In this document: positions 61,785-64,000 of the stretch, in pieces
Layout of the letters: every line of letters starts with the position of its first letter
Position numbering within the stretch: the stretch's first letter is position 1
Assembly: GCA_903813345.2 (NCBI GenBank)
Contig: CAIIXF020000001.1
Coordinates: 21,452,001 to 21,516,000, forward strand
Length of the DNA: 64,000 bases
Origin: Owenia fusiformis
Lineage: Eukaryota
Direction of reading: 5' to 3'
Position numbers and translations under genes: made by a program
Notes under the pieces: generated by a model
Told to the model about the DNA's origin: nothing
Seen by the model: only the letters and a program-made list of their open reading frames with translations
Database searches by the model: none

Positions 61785-63716
61785 TTAGTCATCCTTGTTC
61801 TTAACTTGGAGGTCTATACCAAGGTCACAATATTTCTTCAGTGCTCTGTAAGCCTTCTTTGGAAGGAATCTACAACATAATGTATCAAATATGTTTTAGG
61901 TGCTGTCTCAAAATCGTGTGGATAAAATACAATGAAACCTGTGCTATAAGTAGAACATCTTTAATTTCACGAAGGAGGTGTCTCAATTCCAGAGGTTCAT
62001 TTTACAGTGGGTTAATGTGCAGCCCATAGCTCGACTGACTGATGTGTAACTGGACTTTGAAGTGTTCCACGTAGGCAGTTGTTCCACATTGCAGGTTTTA
62101 CTGTATATGTAGTGAGGTGGTGGTGGTGGTGGTTTCTATTTTGAATTTTTGGTAAACCTAATTTTCAACACTTCCTATTTCAAAAGTTTTTAAAGTGGGT
62201 CGGAATGTTTTACAGTATTTGAAAAAGGATTGCTGTAGAACTTAGTGCAACACTTGAGATGACATCTTGTCTTGGTCATTCAGATAGAATGGCCATACAA
62301 ACAAAATATTATATTGACTTGAAATGCTGATGACTGTTTTTTAAAGAATTGTTTTTTAACTAATTTTCTATAAATGGTAATTTTCAGGGTCACACAATTA
62401 GAAATGATTACAAAAGTGTAACACTTTGTTATAGAGACTGAAACAATATGTCACCATAATTAGGCCAAGGTACTGATTATACATACCCTCCCATTGCTCT
62501 AGTGAAACTGTTGATTCGTGGAACATGTACATAGTGACGGTTACGCAGCATCCCATCAATAGCTGCCTCTGCTACTTCCCTTGGTTCAAACACACGGCCA
62601 AATCTGAAATTATTTCCATTGTATCAAAGTCACATTAAGGCGCTAGGCAGTTTCTCACTTACACAAAAATTCGGAATGGGATCAAAACTTAGATATCAAA
62701 CATATGAAATTATTTGTGTTTTGGAGGGGGAGCCAATTTCATTTCATGCCAGACTTTGAAAATTTATTCTTTTCTTGCTGCCATAATGGTTTGTGTGACT
62801 CCTAGCTTTCCGCGCCAAGAGGACTCATATGACATATGAAATACATAAGGTATGTGTGGTGAAAAACCATAAATGATAAAAAAAAACAGGTAAATGAAAG
62901 GTAACAGTAATAGCATACCTGTCTCTTGGATACCATGTCATGCCAGTGTTCACAAACAATGGATAAACTGTTGTAGTGTGGACACCATCACAACCAAGCT
63001 TATCAATCTCCTCATCAAGAGCGTCAGTGAAACCATCAACTGCCCATTTAGTGGCACTGCAGATACAAAGAGTCCATGATGTAATTTCAAGGTGATTTGC
63101 CCAAACCCTGCCTATTCATTGCATATTTGTTTGTATTTATGAAATAAACCTATTGATGGAAAATTGTAATTTCAAATTAAAGTAAAACCTGTGTGAGTGG
63201 AACACCCTTGGTTCCTCTAAAATGTGTTCCATTTATGGAGGTGCTCCACTTCTAGAGGTGTTCCCATTTACAAGTTATACTGTACATATATATTGTATTT
63301 TTAATTCAAAGAAATGTATAAACTGGGATGGAAATCAATAATTGTGAGATTATTTTGTAAAATAAAAATAATTTCAAAAGAAAAAAATTCCCAAACAATA
63401 CTGACACTCAAATATATCCTTAAGCAGGGCATTCTCTTAAAAACTGTATTATAATTTTTAATTTTTATACCATAACTTGTAAATGATAATTATGTTTTAT
63501 TGAAATATTTTATATTTTACGAGAACAGGTGTTCATATAGTCAGGTGTTTACAGAAAGAGGTGTTTGGATAAAAAAGTGTTTACAAACTATCGCGAGGAA
63601 TCACTTTACCTATAGTCAACAAGGAAGGCTGTTCCACTTATAGCTGAGGCTGATGCCAAGGTTAAGATGTGGCCATGATTGTTCTCAATCATTTTGGGCA
63701 AAAATGCGCGTACTGT
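61785..63716 (-). CDS. Short-chain dehydrogenase/reductase of the SDR16C type (epidermal retinol dehydrogenase 2/RDH10/HSD17B11-like), last four exons; 5' part beyond the window
   Basis: Exons 63716-63610, 63056-62919, 62603-62487 and 61869-61785 give TVRAFLPKMIENNHGHILTLASASAISGTAFLVDYSATKWAVDGFTDALDEE...GVHTTTVYPLFVNTGM...*, with the catalytic S and YxxxK (YSATK). Confidence 0.9.
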
Positions 63717-64000
63717 CTGCAAATAAAAGAAAATCACTGCAAGATTACCAGTGAATATAAATTTTTTGTAAGATAATCAATAAATCTACTACGTTATTAA
63801 CTGGGAGGTATTAAATATGGGTTTTATTCCAAGGGACAATACAATATTGACTAAAGGAGTGGCCGTGACAATACATGAACTTGTATGATTAACATCATAA
63901 TTAAGAATAACAGTTTGTTGTCCATGTGATTTTTACATAAACAGAATATTCTGTACTTCAGATCAGTTTGGTCTTAGGTGAAAAATTGGTTTATTTGGGT

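Overview
AT-rich, intron-rich animal genomic DNA, most likely a marine invertebrate such as a mollusc (inferred from the repeat families, not proven). It is not prokaryotic and I found no CRISPR array, rRNA or tRNA. Hand-splicing at GT-AG sites gives seven protein-coding genes with consistent exon phases: the 3' end of a p160 nuclear receptor coactivator (NCOA/SRC-like, +), archease (ZBTB8OS, -) head-to-head with IQCC (+), EFHC1 (-) head-to-head with a gamma-syntrophin (SNTG, +), an uncharacterised double-hotdog thioesterase (-) nested antisense in the ~18.8 kb first intron of SNTG, and the 3' part of an SDR16C/retinol dehydrogenase-like gene (-). Non-coding DNA holds many non-autonomous transposons, including a three-level nest and an 849-bp near-perfect palindrome with CAC ends and a 5-bp TSD, plus several tandem arrays. 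The best leads are the nested thioesterase (acyl-ACP thioesterase-like motifs, putative mitochondrial presequence), the TCTCGCGAGA element in the EFHC1/SNTG divergent promoter, candidate alternative first exons of SNTG, and apparent ancient synteny. I cannot show a previously undescribed system from sequence alone. All homology calls come from motif recognition, not database searches.
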